This document shows, piece after piece, positions 10,437 through 20,894 of a stretch of DNA of 64,000 bases. Both the position numbers and the translations under genes were made by a program. The stretch lies in NCBI GenBank assembly GCA_965237895.1, contig CBDEGR010000002.1:1950796-2014795 (forward strand), given 5' to 3'. Origin of the DNA: Terriglobia bacterium. Lineage in GTDB: Bacteria; Acidobacteriota; Terriglobia; UBA7540; JAPUME01. The notes beneath the pieces were generated by a model. That model saw only the letters and a program-made list of their open reading frames with translations. It had not been told where the DNA came from and did not search any database. Numbering within the stretch: position 1 is the stretch's first letter; each line of letters opens with the position of its first letter.

Positions 10437-12731
10437 ATGCGAATCGTCAACAGATACATTTTTAAGGAGATAGCGAAGCATTCTCTCTTAGGACTGGGTG
10501 TCTTTACTTTCTTTATTTTCGTTCCTCAGATAAACCGGTTGCTGGCAATCGTAGCGCGGAAGAATGTCTCCCTCTCCACCGTCGTAGAACTCTTCCTGCT
10601 TCCCTTGCCCGGCATCTTCACGTTTACCCTTCCCATTGCAGTTCTGGTCGGAACACTGATCGGACTGAGTCGGATGTCATCGGACGGAGAGATCATCGCC
10701 CTACGGGCGGCAGGAATGGGCGCCAGCCGAATTGCAAGACCCGCCTTGGTCTATGCCTTTGTCGGCTGGCTGCTCGCTTCCATCATGAGCCTCTATTGGG
10801 CGCCGCGAGCAAACCGTGATCTGGACCGCCTCAAATGGCAACTCCAGACCGAGCATGCACCCTATGAAATCCAACCTCGAGTGTTTCTTGAGAAAATCCC
10901 AAAACTTCTTATATTTGTTGGAGATACACTGGATTCCTTCTTCACATGGCGGAATGTCTTTATCGCCGACCGGTCGAATCCCGAGGAGCTGAAAATTACA
11001 ACCGCGGCAACCGGCTCGCTAGGCGGAGATGCCCGCTCGGGCCGGCTTACGCTTCAACTCACGCAGGGGAGCACCCATGAAATCGACCCGGAGGATTCGA
11101 ATCAATACTCTCTTGTCCACTTTAACAGGACCGAGTTCCCGTTGAATCTAAATCCCTCCGGTCTTCGCAGACCCGAAGCCGTCCGCTACCCGGCTCTCCC
11201 CTTAAAGGAGTTATGGAGGGCCCTAGATAAACCCGAGCACTCCCAGGGGGCTCTGGTGGAACTCCACTATCGGCTTGCCATCCCGATGGCCTGCATCGTG
11301 CTGGCATTGGCAGGTATTCCGCTGGGACTCCAGACCCAAAAAGGCGGCAAGTCCGTCGGCTTCATTCTCATAATTCTGCTGGTCATGGCCTACTACTTTA
11401 TGGCGGCTACCGGATTGAATCTCTCCAAACAGGGAAGAGTCCCTCCTTGGTTTGGCCTGTGGGTTGGAAATGTTGTGTTCGGCGTTGCCGGACTGCTCTC
11501 GATTCGAAAGATCAACCGGGGGCTTCCGGGAAACATCTTCCTCCAGAAACTCAAACACTGGCTCTCCAAACTGTTCCAAAGGCTGCGACACAAACCGAAA
11601 TTCACCATGCAGGCTCCCGCGCCACGGCGGGACCGTTTCCTGCAGATCATGGACGGCTACGTTCTCCGCAGCTTCTTTACCTACCTGGGATTGGTATCGC
11701 TGGCCTTGATGGCCATCTTCCTTGTCTTTGATTTCTACCAACTCTTCGCCCATATTCTGAAAAACAAGGCCCCCGTCGGGCTGATCTTAGACTATTACCG
11801 CTACCTCATCCCCCAGGCTCTCTATTTTCCCGTGCTTCCTCTCAGCATTCTGGTCTCCGTGCTGATCTGCTTCAGCCTGCTCGCCAAGAGCAATCAACTC
11901 ACCGCCTTCAAGGCCGCAGGAGTCAGCCTCTATCGATTGAGCTTTCCTTTACTCGCAGTGGCGGCGATGTTCAGCGTGGGACTTTTTTTACTGGAAGAAA
12001 ATTACCTCCCTCAGATCAACCAACAACAGGACGCGCTTCGCAACCGAATTAAAGGAAAGCCTCCGCAAACCTACTTGCAGCCGGGCCGCCATTGGATCTT
12101 CGGGGAAGACTCTCGAATCTTCAATTACCGTTTCTTTGATCCGGATCGGAATCTTTTCGCCCGACTCTCGGTCTTCGAGCTGAACCCGGAAACATTCGAG
12201 CTCCGCCGCAGAATCTATGCCGAACGCGCCCATTGGGAGGTCGCACTTCAGAGTTGGGTTCTAGAAAACGGATGGGTTCGGGATATCGACGGCCGCCAGG
12301 TTACAAAATTTCGCCAATTCCAGGTGGATACTTTCCCGGAACTGACAGAAAATCCCGAATACTTCAAAAAAGAGGTAAAACCTTACGAGCAGATGAACGC
12401 CTTTGAGTTTCGGGAATACATGAAGGACCTACAACAGAGCGGCTTCGACGTGGGGCGGCTGTCGGTCCAGTTTCACAAGAAATTCAGTTACCCGCTCATG
12501 GCTTTGGTGGTAACCCTGATCGGGATTCCCTTCTCCTTTAAAATGGGCAGCCGCGGAGCCCTTTCCGGCATTGCCCTGGGATTGGGAATCGCCCTTGTCT
12601 ACTGGGCCAGTTCCAGCTTCTTTGAGGCCATGGGAGCTTTAGGCCAACTCCCTCCCGTCGTCGCCGGCTGGGCCTCGACGGTGATCTTCAGCCTGGGCGG
12701 CACTTATCTTCTACTCAAGGTCAGGACCTAA
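10437..12731 (+). CDS. lptG: Fused LPS export permease LptF-LptG
   Basis: Two tandem YjgP/YjgQ-like domains (RMSSDGEIIALRAAG; LAKSNQLTAFKAAG). Confidence 0.88.
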   Translation: MRIVNRYIFKEIAKHSLLGLGVFTFFIFVPQINRLLAIVARKNVSLSTVVELFLLPLPGIFTFTLPIAVLVGTLIGLSRMSSDGEIIALRAAGMGASRIARPALVYAFVGWLLASIMSLYWAPRANRDLDRLKWQLQTEHAPYEIQPRVFLEKIPKLLIFVGDTLDSFFTWRNVFIADRSNPEELKITTAATGSLGGDARSGRLTLQLTQGSTHEIDPEDSNQYSLVHFNRTEFPLNLNPSGLRRPEAVRYPALPLKELWRALDKPEHSQGALVELHYRLAIPMACIVLALAGIPLGLQTQKGGKSVGFILIILLVMAYYFMAATGLNLSKQGRVPPWFGLWVGNVVFGVAGLLSIRKINRGLPGNIFLQKLKHWLSKLFQRLRHKPKFTMQAPAPRRDRFLQIMDGYVLRSFFTYLGLVSLALMAIFLVFDFYQLFAHILKNKAPVGLILDYYRYLIPQALYFPVLPLSILVSVLICFSLLAKSNQLTAFKAAGVSLYRLSFPLLAVAAMFSVGLFLLEENYLPQINQQQDALRNRIKGKPPQTYLQPGRHWIFGEDSRIFNYRFFDPDRNLFARLSVFELNPETFELRRRIYAERAHWEVALQSWVLENGWVRDIDGRQVTKFRQFQVDTFPELTENPEYFKKEVKPYEQMNAFEFREYMKDLQQSGFDVGRLSVQFHKKFSYPLMALVVTLIGIPFSFKMGSRGALSGIALGLGIALVYWASSSFFEAMGALGQLPPVVAGWASTVIFSLGGTYLLLKVRT

Positions 12732-12873
12732 CGATTCACGCCCATCCTCCCTGCTTTCCGCATCGCCCCGACTCAAAAAGCCGAGTCACAAAACCAAAAA
12801 GAAAGCCTTTCGCTTTTGGCGGCAGGATTAATATAAACTTTAAGTTCAGTTTTATATTCTAATTTACTAATAA

Positions 12874-15597
12874 TTAAGCTGTTGAGTACGATGTACACTT
12901 GCTTTTAATCGCCGCCTGCGCCGCTGCAAGCCGCGCAATCGGCACGCGGAATGCCGAACAACTGACATAATCCAGCCCCACTTCAGAACAGAACTCCACC
13001 GATGAGGGGTCTCCGCCATGCTCACCGCAGATTCCCACCTTCAGGTCGGGGCGCGAGCTCCGCCCCTCTTCATATCCCAGGCGCAGAAGCCGCCCCACGC
13101 GCTTCCGGTCCAGCACCTGGAACGGATCGGCAGCCCAAATCTTCTTTACCTGATAGGCCTTGATGATCTTTCCGCAATCATCCCGGGAGAGGCCGAAGGT
13201 GGTCTGAGTCAAATCGTTCGTGCCGAAGCTGAAGAACTGCGCTTCCTTGGCGATCTCCCCTGCACTGAGCGCCGTCGCCGGCAGCTCCACCATGGTTCCG
13301 ACCAAGTACTCCACACGAGTCTGCTTCTTTGCGAATACCTCTTCGGCAACCCTGTTTACGATCTCCTTCTGAAGCGCAAATTCGCGAACGTCTCCTGCCA
13401 GAGGTACCATTACTTCCGGATGCGCTTTTATCCCGCGCTTCTTGCAGTCGCAGGCAGCCTCGAAGATCGCCCGGGCCTGCATCTCCGTAATCTCGGGATA
13501 CATAATCCCCAGCCGGCAACCGCGCATTCCCAACATCGGATTCAACTCATGCAGACCCTCTACAACCTCGAGCAGTCGCCGCTTCTCGGTAAGCTTCTTC
13601 CCCTTCTTTTTCAGAACTTCCAGAACGGCGATATCCACCATAAGCTGCTCACGCTTCGGCAGGAATTCATGCAGCGGCGGGTCCAATAACCGAATTGTTA
13701 CCGGCAATCCGTCCATGGCCTTAAAAAGCCCGAAGAAGTCCTTCCGCTGCATGGGCAGCAACCTGGCGAGCGCCTTACGGCGTTCACGAGCATAGGCGGC
13801 TTTTTCTTTTTCGGTGGTAGCATCCTTACACGCCATAATCATAGCCTGTACGTGAGGCAACCGCTCCGCAGCGAAGAACATATGCTCCGTACGGCAGAGT
13901 CCGATCCCCTCGGCCCCAAAGCGCCGCGCAACCTTGGCGTCGCGAGGAATATCCGCATTCGCCCGCACCTTGAGCTTCCGATACTCATCCGTCCAGGACA
14001 TAAACTCGGCGAAGTCTCCGCTTCCCGGGTCCGCCTCAATCACCTGGGCCTTTCCAACAAAAACCCGACCCGTGGAACCATCCAGAGAAATCCAGTCGCC
14101 TTCCTTCAGTTTGTTGCGGCCGATTTTGAGAATCTTCTTCTTGTCGTCAATCTCCGCCTCACCGCAACCGGCAACACAGCACTTCCCCATGCCGCGCGTC
14201 ACCACCGCCGCGTGGGACGTCATCCCCCCACGCGAGGTCAAGATACCGATCGCCACCTCCATCCCGTGAATATCGTCCGGTACAGTCTCGGCGCGCACCA
14301 GAATAATGGGATATCCCTTGGCGTCGGCAAGCTTGACGGCATCGTCGGCCGTGAAAACGATTCGCCCGACCGCAGCGCCGGGAGAGGCCGAAAATCCCTT
14401 GGCCACCGCCTTGGGAGCGTTGGATTCATCCAAGACCGGGTGCAGAAGCTGGTTCAATTGCTCCGGATCGACACGGGAGACGGCATCCTCCTTGGAAATA
14501 ATCCCCTCTCGAGCCAGGTCCACGGCAATCTTGACCGCCGCCGGCCCGGTCCGCTTGCCGTTGCGGGTCTGGAGCATGTAGAGCCTGCCTTCTTGAACCG
14601 TAAACTCGAAATCCTGGACATCCTTGTAGTGCCGTTCCAACTGGGCGGTAATCTCCCTCAACTGCTTATAGACGGTGGGCATGATCCTACCGAGATCAAC
14701 AATAGGTATCGGGGTCCGTATGCCGGCCACCACGTCCTCCCCCTGGGCATTTACCAGGAACTCCCCATAGAACTCCTTGGCTCCTGTAGCAGGGTTCCTC
14801 GTGAAACCTACCCCGGTAGCCGAACCATCCCCCATATTCCCGAATACCATCGCCTGGACATTTACTGCCGTACCAAGATCATCAGGTATCTTATTGAGCC
14901 TGCGATAGGTGGCCGCACGTTGGTTATACCAAGAACGGAATACCGCCTCTTGGGACATTTTTAGCTGCTGAATAGGATCTTGAGGAAAATCCATCTTCTT
15001 CTTGCTGCGAAGCAGCTTCTTATACCCACTCACCACCGCCTTCAGGTCATCAGCAGTCAGGTCGGTATCCATCTTCACCTTACGCTTCTTTTTTCGACCA
15101 TCGAAGATATGCTCAAAATCTCCCTTCGATATCTCCATCACCACATTCCCAAACATCTGGATAAAACGCCGGTAGCTGTCATAGGCAAAGCGCGGATTCC
15201 CTGTCTTTCGAGCCAGAACTTCGACCGTCCTGTCATTCAAGCCCAAATTGAGGACGGTATCCATCATTCCAGGCATGGAAAATTTCGCTCCGGACCGGAC
15301 AGCCACCAACAATGGATTCTCGTCCGATCCGAATTTTTGACCAAGCAGACTTTCCAGCTTCCCCACAGTTTCCCAGGCCTGTTGCTCAATTTCCGTAGGT
15401 ATCTGATAATTATTCTGAAAATAAAGCCGGCACGCGGTGGTGGCAATCGTAAACCCCGGCGGCACCGGGAACCCGGCATTTGTCATCTCCGCCAGCCCGG
15501 CGCCCTTACCACCCAACACATCCTTCATGTCACCTCGACCCTCTGCACTCCCACCACCAAAGAAGTAAACGTACTTATCCATCGTACTCCTCTTCAT
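12874..15597 (-). CDS. ppdK: Pyruvate, phosphate dikinase
   Basis: LGGKGAGLAEM, RSGAKFSMPGMMDT, GGMTSHAAVV phospho-His, GLCRTEHMFF, SFGTNDLTQ. Confidence 0.97.
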   Translation of the reverse strand: MKRSTMDKYVYFFGGGSAEGRGDMKDVLGGKGAGLAEMTNAGFPVPPGFTIATTACRLYFQNNYQIPTEIEQQAWETVGKLESLLGQKFGSDENPLLVAVRSGAKFSMPGMMDTVLNLGLNDRTVEVLARKTGNPRFAYDSYRRFIQMFGNVVMEISKGDFEHIFDGRKKKRKVKMDTDLTADDLKAVVSGYKKLLRSKKKMDFPQDPIQQLKMSQEAVFRSWYNQRAATYRRLNKIPDDLGTAVNVQAMVFGNMGDGSATGVGFTRNPATGAKEFYGEFLVNAQGEDVVAGIRTPIPIVDLGRIMPTVYKQLREITAQLERHYKDVQDFEFTVQEGRLYMLQTRNGKRTGPAAVKIAVDLAREGIISKEDAVSRVDPEQLNQLLHPVLDESNAPKAVAKGFSASPGAAVGRIVFTADDAVKLADAKGYPIILVRAETVPDDIHGMEVAIGILTSRGGMTSHAAVVTRGMGKCCVAGCGEAEIDDKKKILKIGRNKLKEGDWISLDGSTGRVFVGKAQVIEADPGSGDFAEFMSWTDEYRKLKVRANADIPRDAKVARRFGAEGIGLCRTEHMFFAAERLPHVQAMIMACKDATTEKEKAAYARERRKALARLLPMQRKDFFGLFKAMDGLPVTIRLLDPPLHEFLPKREQLMVDIAVLEVLKKKGKKLTEKRRLLEVVEGLHELNPMLGMRGCRLGIMYPEITEMQARAIFEAACDCKKRGIKAHPEVMVPLAGDVREFALQKEIVNRVAEEVFAKKQTRVEYLVGTMVELPATALSAGEIAKEAQFFSFGTNDLTQTTFGLSRDDCGKIIKAYQVKKIWAADPFQVLDRKRVGRLLRLGYEEGRSSRPDLKVGICGEHGGDPSSVEFCSEVGLDYVSCSAFRVPIARLAAAQAAIKSKCTSYSTA

Positions 15598-15618
15598 TTA
15601 AGGTGTAATTTAAACCGG

Positions 15619-15640
15619 CAATGTCGACGCGTCGACATTG
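15619..15640. promoter_or_regulatory. Perfect 22-bp palindrome CAATGTCGACGCGTCGACATTG upstream of ppdK
   Basis: Read directly; 16-bp core recurs at 19608-19623. Function inferred only. Confidence 0.5.
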
Positions 15641-15727
15641 AAATCTATTGGGGCCTAACAATGCTTACCCGCACCACCCATCAACCGCGCGAGCCCCCAC
15701 GAGCAGCAGAACGATTTTTTAATAACA

Positions 15728-17902
15728 TCAATTATATGTTGTAGTTAGCTCAGAAAAGCGGGCCACAGCAGAAAACAACCGGTCTAGTCCTGCCAGCAGT
15801 CGTAGGCGATTCTGCCTTACCTCAGGCTCCTCCGCCATAACCAGAATCTTGTCAAAGAAGCGGTCCACTAGGGGACGTAGAGCTGCGGTCCGCTCCAGCG
15901 CCGACTTATACTTCCCCGCCTCGATTCTCTTCTTCACGTCCCGTTCCACCCCTTGCAGCGCAGAGAAGAGATCCTCCTCCGCCCCGTCCTCAATCAACGC
16001 TGGATTAATCTCTCCGTCGCGCCAATCGGAGGCCTTAGCAGATTTCGCCAGGATATTGGCGATCCGCTTGGCAGCCAGCGACAGGGGTAGGATGTATTCG
16101 CTGTCGCGTAGCCCTTCAAGACTCTTCGCCCGGCGGTAGACATCTACGGGTTCAATCTCCCCGGTGGCAAGGACCGCATTCACGGTATCGTATCGGAAAC
16201 CGTAGTGTCGCTCCAGGAGAAACCGGAGGCGCTCCTCAAAAAATTTCAATACGGAGTCTGGCGCAGCCTCCGTGGCCTCTTCATGCTTCGCATTTATATT
16301 TTTTACATGAAAATAAGTTATTTCTTTTAAAGTTATTACTATATCTTTCTCAATTATAAGTTTAATTATCGCGTTTCCCTGTCGCCGTAAGGCAAAGGGG
16401 TCGCTCGAGCCGGTCGGCTCCAGCCCTACGGTAAATCCGGAAACAATGTTATCCAATTTATCGGCAAGGGACACCACAGCTCCCAGCAAAGACCTCGGCA
16501 GGGGTCCGTCAGTCGAGACCGGCAGATAATGGTCGTAGATTGCCTCCCCTACCCCGGCAGGCTCCTCCTGCGCAGCGGCGTAAAGCCCTCCCATTTTGCC
16601 TTGTAGTGGGGGGAATTCCTTTACCATCTCCGTTGTAAGGTCGCATTTACAAAGCTCCAGAGCCCTTAAAAACTGCGTATGGACCTCCTCGGTTACTTTC
16701 CCTTGTAGGGCCGGGCTGGCGATCATCCACATGCCCAAACGGCGGAGCCGCTCTACCTTATCGTGATAACTTCCCAGCCGGGAGTGAAACGTCATTCCCT
16801 TAAGCTGCTCCAGTCTCGCTTCCAGCCGTACGCGCTGGTCCGCTTCCCAAAAGAACTGGGCATCCCGGAAGCGGGCCTCCAGAACCCTCTCATGCCCCCT
16901 TTGAATCAACCCCTTGGCATCCTTGGCGTAATCCAGAACCGCCAGAAACCGCGGCTGGAGGCGGTCTTTAGCATCCTCCAGGGTTATGTACTTCTGGTGA
17001 CCCTCCATAACACTGACCAGAACCTCTTCGGGTAAAGCCAGAAAGCGCTTATCGAAGCTTCCTGCCAGCACTTGCGGATACTCCGTCGAGTTCACAATCC
17101 AATCAAAAATTTCTTTATTTTTTCTAAGTTTAACCTTAATTTTCTCAACAATTACATTAACATTTGACTCAAGATAACTCCGCCGCGCTGTAGGGGAAAT
17201 CAACACTCCCAACTTCTTCAGCTTTCCTTCGTAATCCCGGAATCCAGCGACTACCGCAGGCCTCTTCCCGGCCTTTCTATGGCCGAGGGTCGCATTCGAG
17301 CTCTTCACGCCGGCAAATTCCAGTTTAATACCCTTCGTTTCCCTCCCCGCCCCCATCTGCGCCAGGATCCATCTTACCGGCCGGACAAACCTCGGCCCCG
17401 CCTTCTCCAACCAGTACATTGTGGCAGGAAAATTCAGCCCCTCGATGACCCCGGTCAGCAGTTCCGGCAAAATCTCCTTTGCCGGTCGGCCCAGGCTCAC
17501 CTTGCGCGCCACCACATATTCACCCCCATCCCGGGATACTCTTGTCAATTTCTCAACCTTCACGCCGCATTTCTTCGCAAAACCATCAGCAGCTTTCGTC
17601 GGCCGCCCCTCGGCATCGTAGGCAACCCGCACCGGAGGACCTTGTACCAACTCTTCTTTATCTTGTTGATTTATCAGTACGTTATCTACAGAAACAACCA
17701 GCCGTCGCGGCGTACTATAGGTGCGAACAGGGGCCTCAGCATCCAGAATCAGACCACCATCATTCAGCCTACTTCGAATCAATTCGCCCAACTGCTCTTG
17801 CGCCTGCTCCAGCATACGCGCAGGAATCTCCTCGCAGCCGATCTCGAAAAGCAGCGGCGCCGTTTTCCGATTTCCCTTTTCAGCTTTCTTCAACTTGCCC
17901 AT
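15728..17902 (-). CDS. glyS: Glycine-tRNA ligase beta subunit
   Basis: LLFEIGCEEIP, TPRRL, FVRPVRW, PTGSSDPFALRR, VRQNRLRLL. Confidence 0.95.
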   Translation of the reverse strand: MGKLKKAEKGNRKTAPLLFEIGCEEIPARMLEQAQEQLGELIRSRLNDGGLILDAEAPVRTYSTPRRLVVSVDNVLINQQDKEELVQGPPVRVAYDAEGRPTKAADGFAKKCGVKVEKLTRVSRDGGEYVVARKVSLGRPAKEILPELLTGVIEGLNFPATMYWLEKAGPRFVRPVRWILAQMGAGRETKGIKLEFAGVKSSNATLGHRKAGKRPAVVAGFRDYEGKLKKLGVLISPTARRSYLESNVNVIVEKIKVKLRKNKEIFDWIVNSTEYPQVLAGSFDKRFLALPEEVLVSVMEGHQKYITLEDAKDRLQPRFLAVLDYAKDAKGLIQRGHERVLEARFRDAQFFWEADQRVRLEARLEQLKGMTFHSRLGSYHDKVERLRRLGMWMIASPALQGKVTEEVHTQFLRALELCKCDLTTEMVKEFPPLQGKMGGLYAAAQEEPAGVGEAIYDHYLPVSTDGPLPRSLLGAVVSLADKLDNIVSGFTVGLEPTGSSDPFALRRQGNAIIKLIIEKDIVITLKEITYFHVKNINAKHEEATEAAPDSVLKFFEERLRFLLERHYGFRYDTVNAVLATGEIEPVDVYRRAKSLEGLRDSEYILPLSLAAKRIANILAKSAKASDWRDGEINPALIEDGAEEDLFSALQGVERDVKKRIEAGKYKSALERTAALRPLVDRFFDKILVMAEEPEVRQNRLRLLAGLDRLFSAVARFSELTTTYN

Positions 17903-18834
17903 TGGTTCTGATCCATGTAATGGGCGGCTACTCCGCAGGCCATCTTTCGAACCCGACCAATCAAAGCCACTCTTTCGGTGACGCTGATCGCTCCGCGCGC
18001 GTCCATGACATTGAACAGGTGCGAGCACTTGAGACAGAGGTCAAACGCCTTCCTTAGCGGGAACCTCCGCTTCTGCTCAGCGGTCAGGTCGGGATAGAAT
18101 GAAAGAAGCCTGTTCGCCTCCAATTCGTTGATTTCAAATAGCTTGGACAGGGCCTGCACATCCGCCATCTCGAAATCGTAGACGGAGAACTGAAGCTCCT
18201 CATCGCGCCGGATATCACCATAACTAAAATGGTCATTCCACCGGATGTCGTATATGCTCGAAACATTCTGAAGAAATGCCGAGATCCTTTCAAGCCCATA
18301 GGTCAGCTCCACAGAGATCGGCTCCAGATCCACTCTTCCGCACTGCTGAAAATAGGTGAACTGCGTAATCTCCAGCCCATCCAGTACAACCTGCCACCCG
18401 ACGCCCCAGGCTCCTAATGTGGGCGATTCCCAATTATCCTCTTCAAAGCGTATATCGTGGTCCTTCAAACCGATATTCAACTCTTCCAGACTTTCCAGGT
18501 AAAGGTCCTGGACGTCGGCCGGCGGAGACTTAAGAATTACTTGAAATTGCAGGTGCTTCAGGAGCCGATTGGGATTCTCTCCATAGCGGCCATCGGCAGG
18601 CCGCCGTGAAGGTTGAACGTAAGCAACTCGGTACGGATTCGGTCCCAGCGCGCGCAGAAAGGTCTCCGGACACATCGTCCCTGCCCCAACCTCCACGTCA
18701 TAGGGCTGCGTAAGCACACACCCTTGCCGGGCCCAATATTCACTGAGGCGAAGAATGACGTCCTGCAGATTCAAGCCTTGCCCGGCCGCTTTCGGTCTGC
18801 TCTTCGCCGCCGGCTTCCTTTTCGGCATGCTCAC
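17890..18834 (-). CDS. glyQ: Glycine-tRNA ligase alpha subunit
   Basis: EVGAGTM, YVQPSRRPADGRYGENPNRL, WESPTLGAWGVGW, ELTYGLER. Confidence 0.97.
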   Translation of the reverse strand: MSMPKRKPAAKSRPKAAGQGLNLQDVILRLSEYWARQGCVLTQPYDVEVGAGTMCPETFLRALGPNPYRVAYVQPSRRPADGRYGENPNRLLKHLQFQVILKSPPADVQDLYLESLEELNIGLKDHDIRFEEDNWESPTLGAWGVGWQVVLDGLEITQFTYFQQCGRVDLEPISVELTYGLERISAFLQNVSSIYDIRWNDHFSYGDIRRDEELQFSVYDFEMADVQALSKLFEINELEANRLLSFYPDLTAEQKRRFPLRKAFDLCLKCSHLFNVMDARGAISVTERVALIGRVRKMACGVAAHYMDQNQWAS

Positions 18835-19595
18835 TCACCCTCTCCCTCCCCACACAACGCTTCATCCAAAAGGCTTCGCGTTACTAATCTCTTCTCGATA
18901 TTCCCCTCAATCTCATTCGTCAAAAACCGCCGTAACGCCGGCACGCTCTCCCACTCCCCATCCAATTTCAACCAATTGTCCAAAGATAATCCCTGCGCCT
19001 GAGCGCAGCGCTCCCGCATCGCGGCACCCAATTCGTACCCCTGATGAGTCCGGCAGCGAGTGCAGCGAAGCCCTGTCCAGCCTTCCCCATAGAACGCTGA
19101 GCCCGCGGATAGCGCCTGCCCGCATCCCGCACATTTCTCCAAATCACCCAAGAAACCACTTAACCGAAGCACCCAGTAGTTAAAATACACCAAAACAGAA
19201 TCGACCTTCCGCTTTTGCTTAAGCGCCTGCAGAGCGTGCAACAAGAGGCGAAACACACGATCATCCCGCTCTCTTTCCGGAAGGAACTCGTCACACACCT
19301 CAGCCATATACTGCGCCGCCACCTGAACGGGGTATTCTCTCTGCATATCCACAAAGGATTCTAGGATTTCGGTAGAGTTCAATCGCAACAGATCCCGATT
19401 TTCGCGCTCATAGAGCCATGCACGGAGGTAGGTAAGCGGCTCAAGTGAGCTCCCAAAGCGATTTCCCCGCCGACGAGAACCGCTGGCCACACTCCGAAGC
19501 CTTCCCGCATCCCTCGAAAAGAGCACAACAATACGGTCCGCTTCACCGAAATTGTAAGCGCGCAGAACTATCGCCTCCGTTTCAAGCAACGCCAT
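18831..19595 (-). CDS. recO: DNA repair protein RecO
   Basis: TEAIVLR..FGEADRIV OB-fold start, CxxC...CxxC zinc motif; recO-glyQS synteny. Confidence 0.92.
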   Translation of the reverse strand: MALLETEAIVLRAYNFGEADRIVVLFSRDAGRLRSVASGSRRRGNRFGSSLEPLTYLRAWLYERENRDLLRLNSTEILESFVDMQREYPVQVAAQYMAEVCDEFLPERERDDRVFRLLLHALQALKQKRKVDSVLVYFNYWVLRLSGFLGDLEKCAGCGQALSAGSAFYGEGWTGLRCTRCRTHQGYELGAAMRERCAQAQGLSLDNWLKLDGEWESVPALRRFLTNEIEGNIEKRLVTRSLLDEALCGEGEGE

Positions 19596-19607
19596 AAGAG
19601 CACAAAA

Positions 19608-19623
19608 TGTCGACGCGTCGACA
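19608..19623. promoter_or_regulatory. Palindrome TGTCGACGCGTCGACA upstream of recO
   Basis: Identical to the core of the palindrome at 15619-15640. Confidence 0.5.
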
Positions 19624-19849
19624 GTGAGGATCGCTTCGTATCATAATCTATTCACCCCTCAAAGACCTAGCATCCCAAAACCGTAGCGCCGCATTATTTT
19701 TTGTGTAGCTTAGTTATGTTAACAGAACCAGAAAACGAACTTATTATCGGACGCACCACCATCCTCCAATTGCACCTCTGCACCTTTTCAGATAAATTGA
19801 CTAGCTCGTATGTATCCGATTAGATAATGAGCGTTCACACTAGGGTTAT

Positions 19850-20830
19850 ATGACAAGGAACATCAAACCGGTCGATATCGTGGGCCTGGGGGAGAATGCG
19901 GTGGACCTCTTCGTCGTCTCCGAGCACTTCCCTTTCCGAGGCAGCAAACAGCCGGTCCTGGAAACCTCTCTCCAGCCCGGTGGGCAAATTACCACCGCCC
20001 TCCTCACCTGCCGGCGGCTCGGTTTATCGGCACGATACGTCGGCAAGGTTGGTGATAACGAGGACGGAAAGCTCCAGTTCAAGAGCCTGCTGGCGGAGGG
20101 CATCGACCTTACATTTTGCTCCACGGTTCCCGCCTGTCCGAATCGAAAGTCGATTATCCTCGTCGATCGGGAATCCGGGGACCGAACAATTCTTTGGAGT
20201 CGTGATGAGCACTTGGCCCTCAAGGCGGAGGAACTTACTCGGGAGGTTGTCTGTAGCGGCAAAGCACTTTTCGTCGACGGCCAGGACGCTAAGACTTCAA
20301 CGATTGCAGCCGAATGGGCTCGCGAGGCCGGCATCCCCGTCGTGGCGGACTTGGACACGGTCTCTCCCGGAATCGAGGACCTCCTCCCATTTCTCACCCA
20401 TCTGATTGCCGCCAGAGAATTCCCGGCAAAAATAACCGGGCAAAAGACACCTCACGCCTGCCTGAAGCAACTCAGCGAAACCTATGGAGTCCCCACGGTG
20501 GGGATGACGCTGGGCCCTGAAGGAGCTCTCCTCTTTGAAGGGGGCAGCTTCCACTACTCTCCCGGCTTTGAGGTTCTGGTCGTCGATACCACCGGCGCGG
20601 GCGACGTCTTCCACGGCGCTTTTATCTACGGCATTCTCCGGGGTTGGCCCTGCCGGCGGACGCTCGATTTTGCCAATGCTTTGGCGGCGATGAACTGTAC
20701 AGCCCTGGGAGCACGGGGCGCCGTCCGAACCCGTGAGGAAGCCGAAGCGCTCATGAAGAGCGGCACCCGCATCGACAACGTTATTTACCACTCCTCGCCC
20801 GACTCTCCTTCCCGTTTACTTTCCCGATGA
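19850..20830 (+). CDS. PfkB family carbohydrate kinase
   Basis: PGGQ..ALL, VGKVGDNEDG, VVDTTGAGDVFHGAF signature. Confidence 0.9.
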   Translation: MTRNIKPVDIVGLGENAVDLFVVSEHFPFRGSKQPVLETSLQPGGQITTALLTCRRLGLSARYVGKVGDNEDGKLQFKSLLAEGIDLTFCSTVPACPNRKSIILVDRESGDRTILWSRDEHLALKAEELTREVVCSGKALFVDGQDAKTSTIAAEWAREAGIPVVADLDTVSPGIEDLLPFLTHLIAAREFPAKITGQKTPHACLKQLSETYGVPTVGMTLGPEGALLFEGGSFHYSPGFEVLVVDTTGAGDVFHGAFIYGILRGWPCRRTLDFANALAAMNCTALGARGAVRTREEAEALMKSGTRIDNVIYHSSPDSPSRLLSR

Positions 20831-20894
20831 CTTTCTCGATACCATTCCTGATGCGTTTCTCTATAAAAGCCAACTTCTGTAGAATGGCACCATC

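Noticed and set aside
19697-19724. dif site (TTATGTTAACA resembles the XerD half)
   Set aside because: There is no plausible XerC half-site at the correct spacing.
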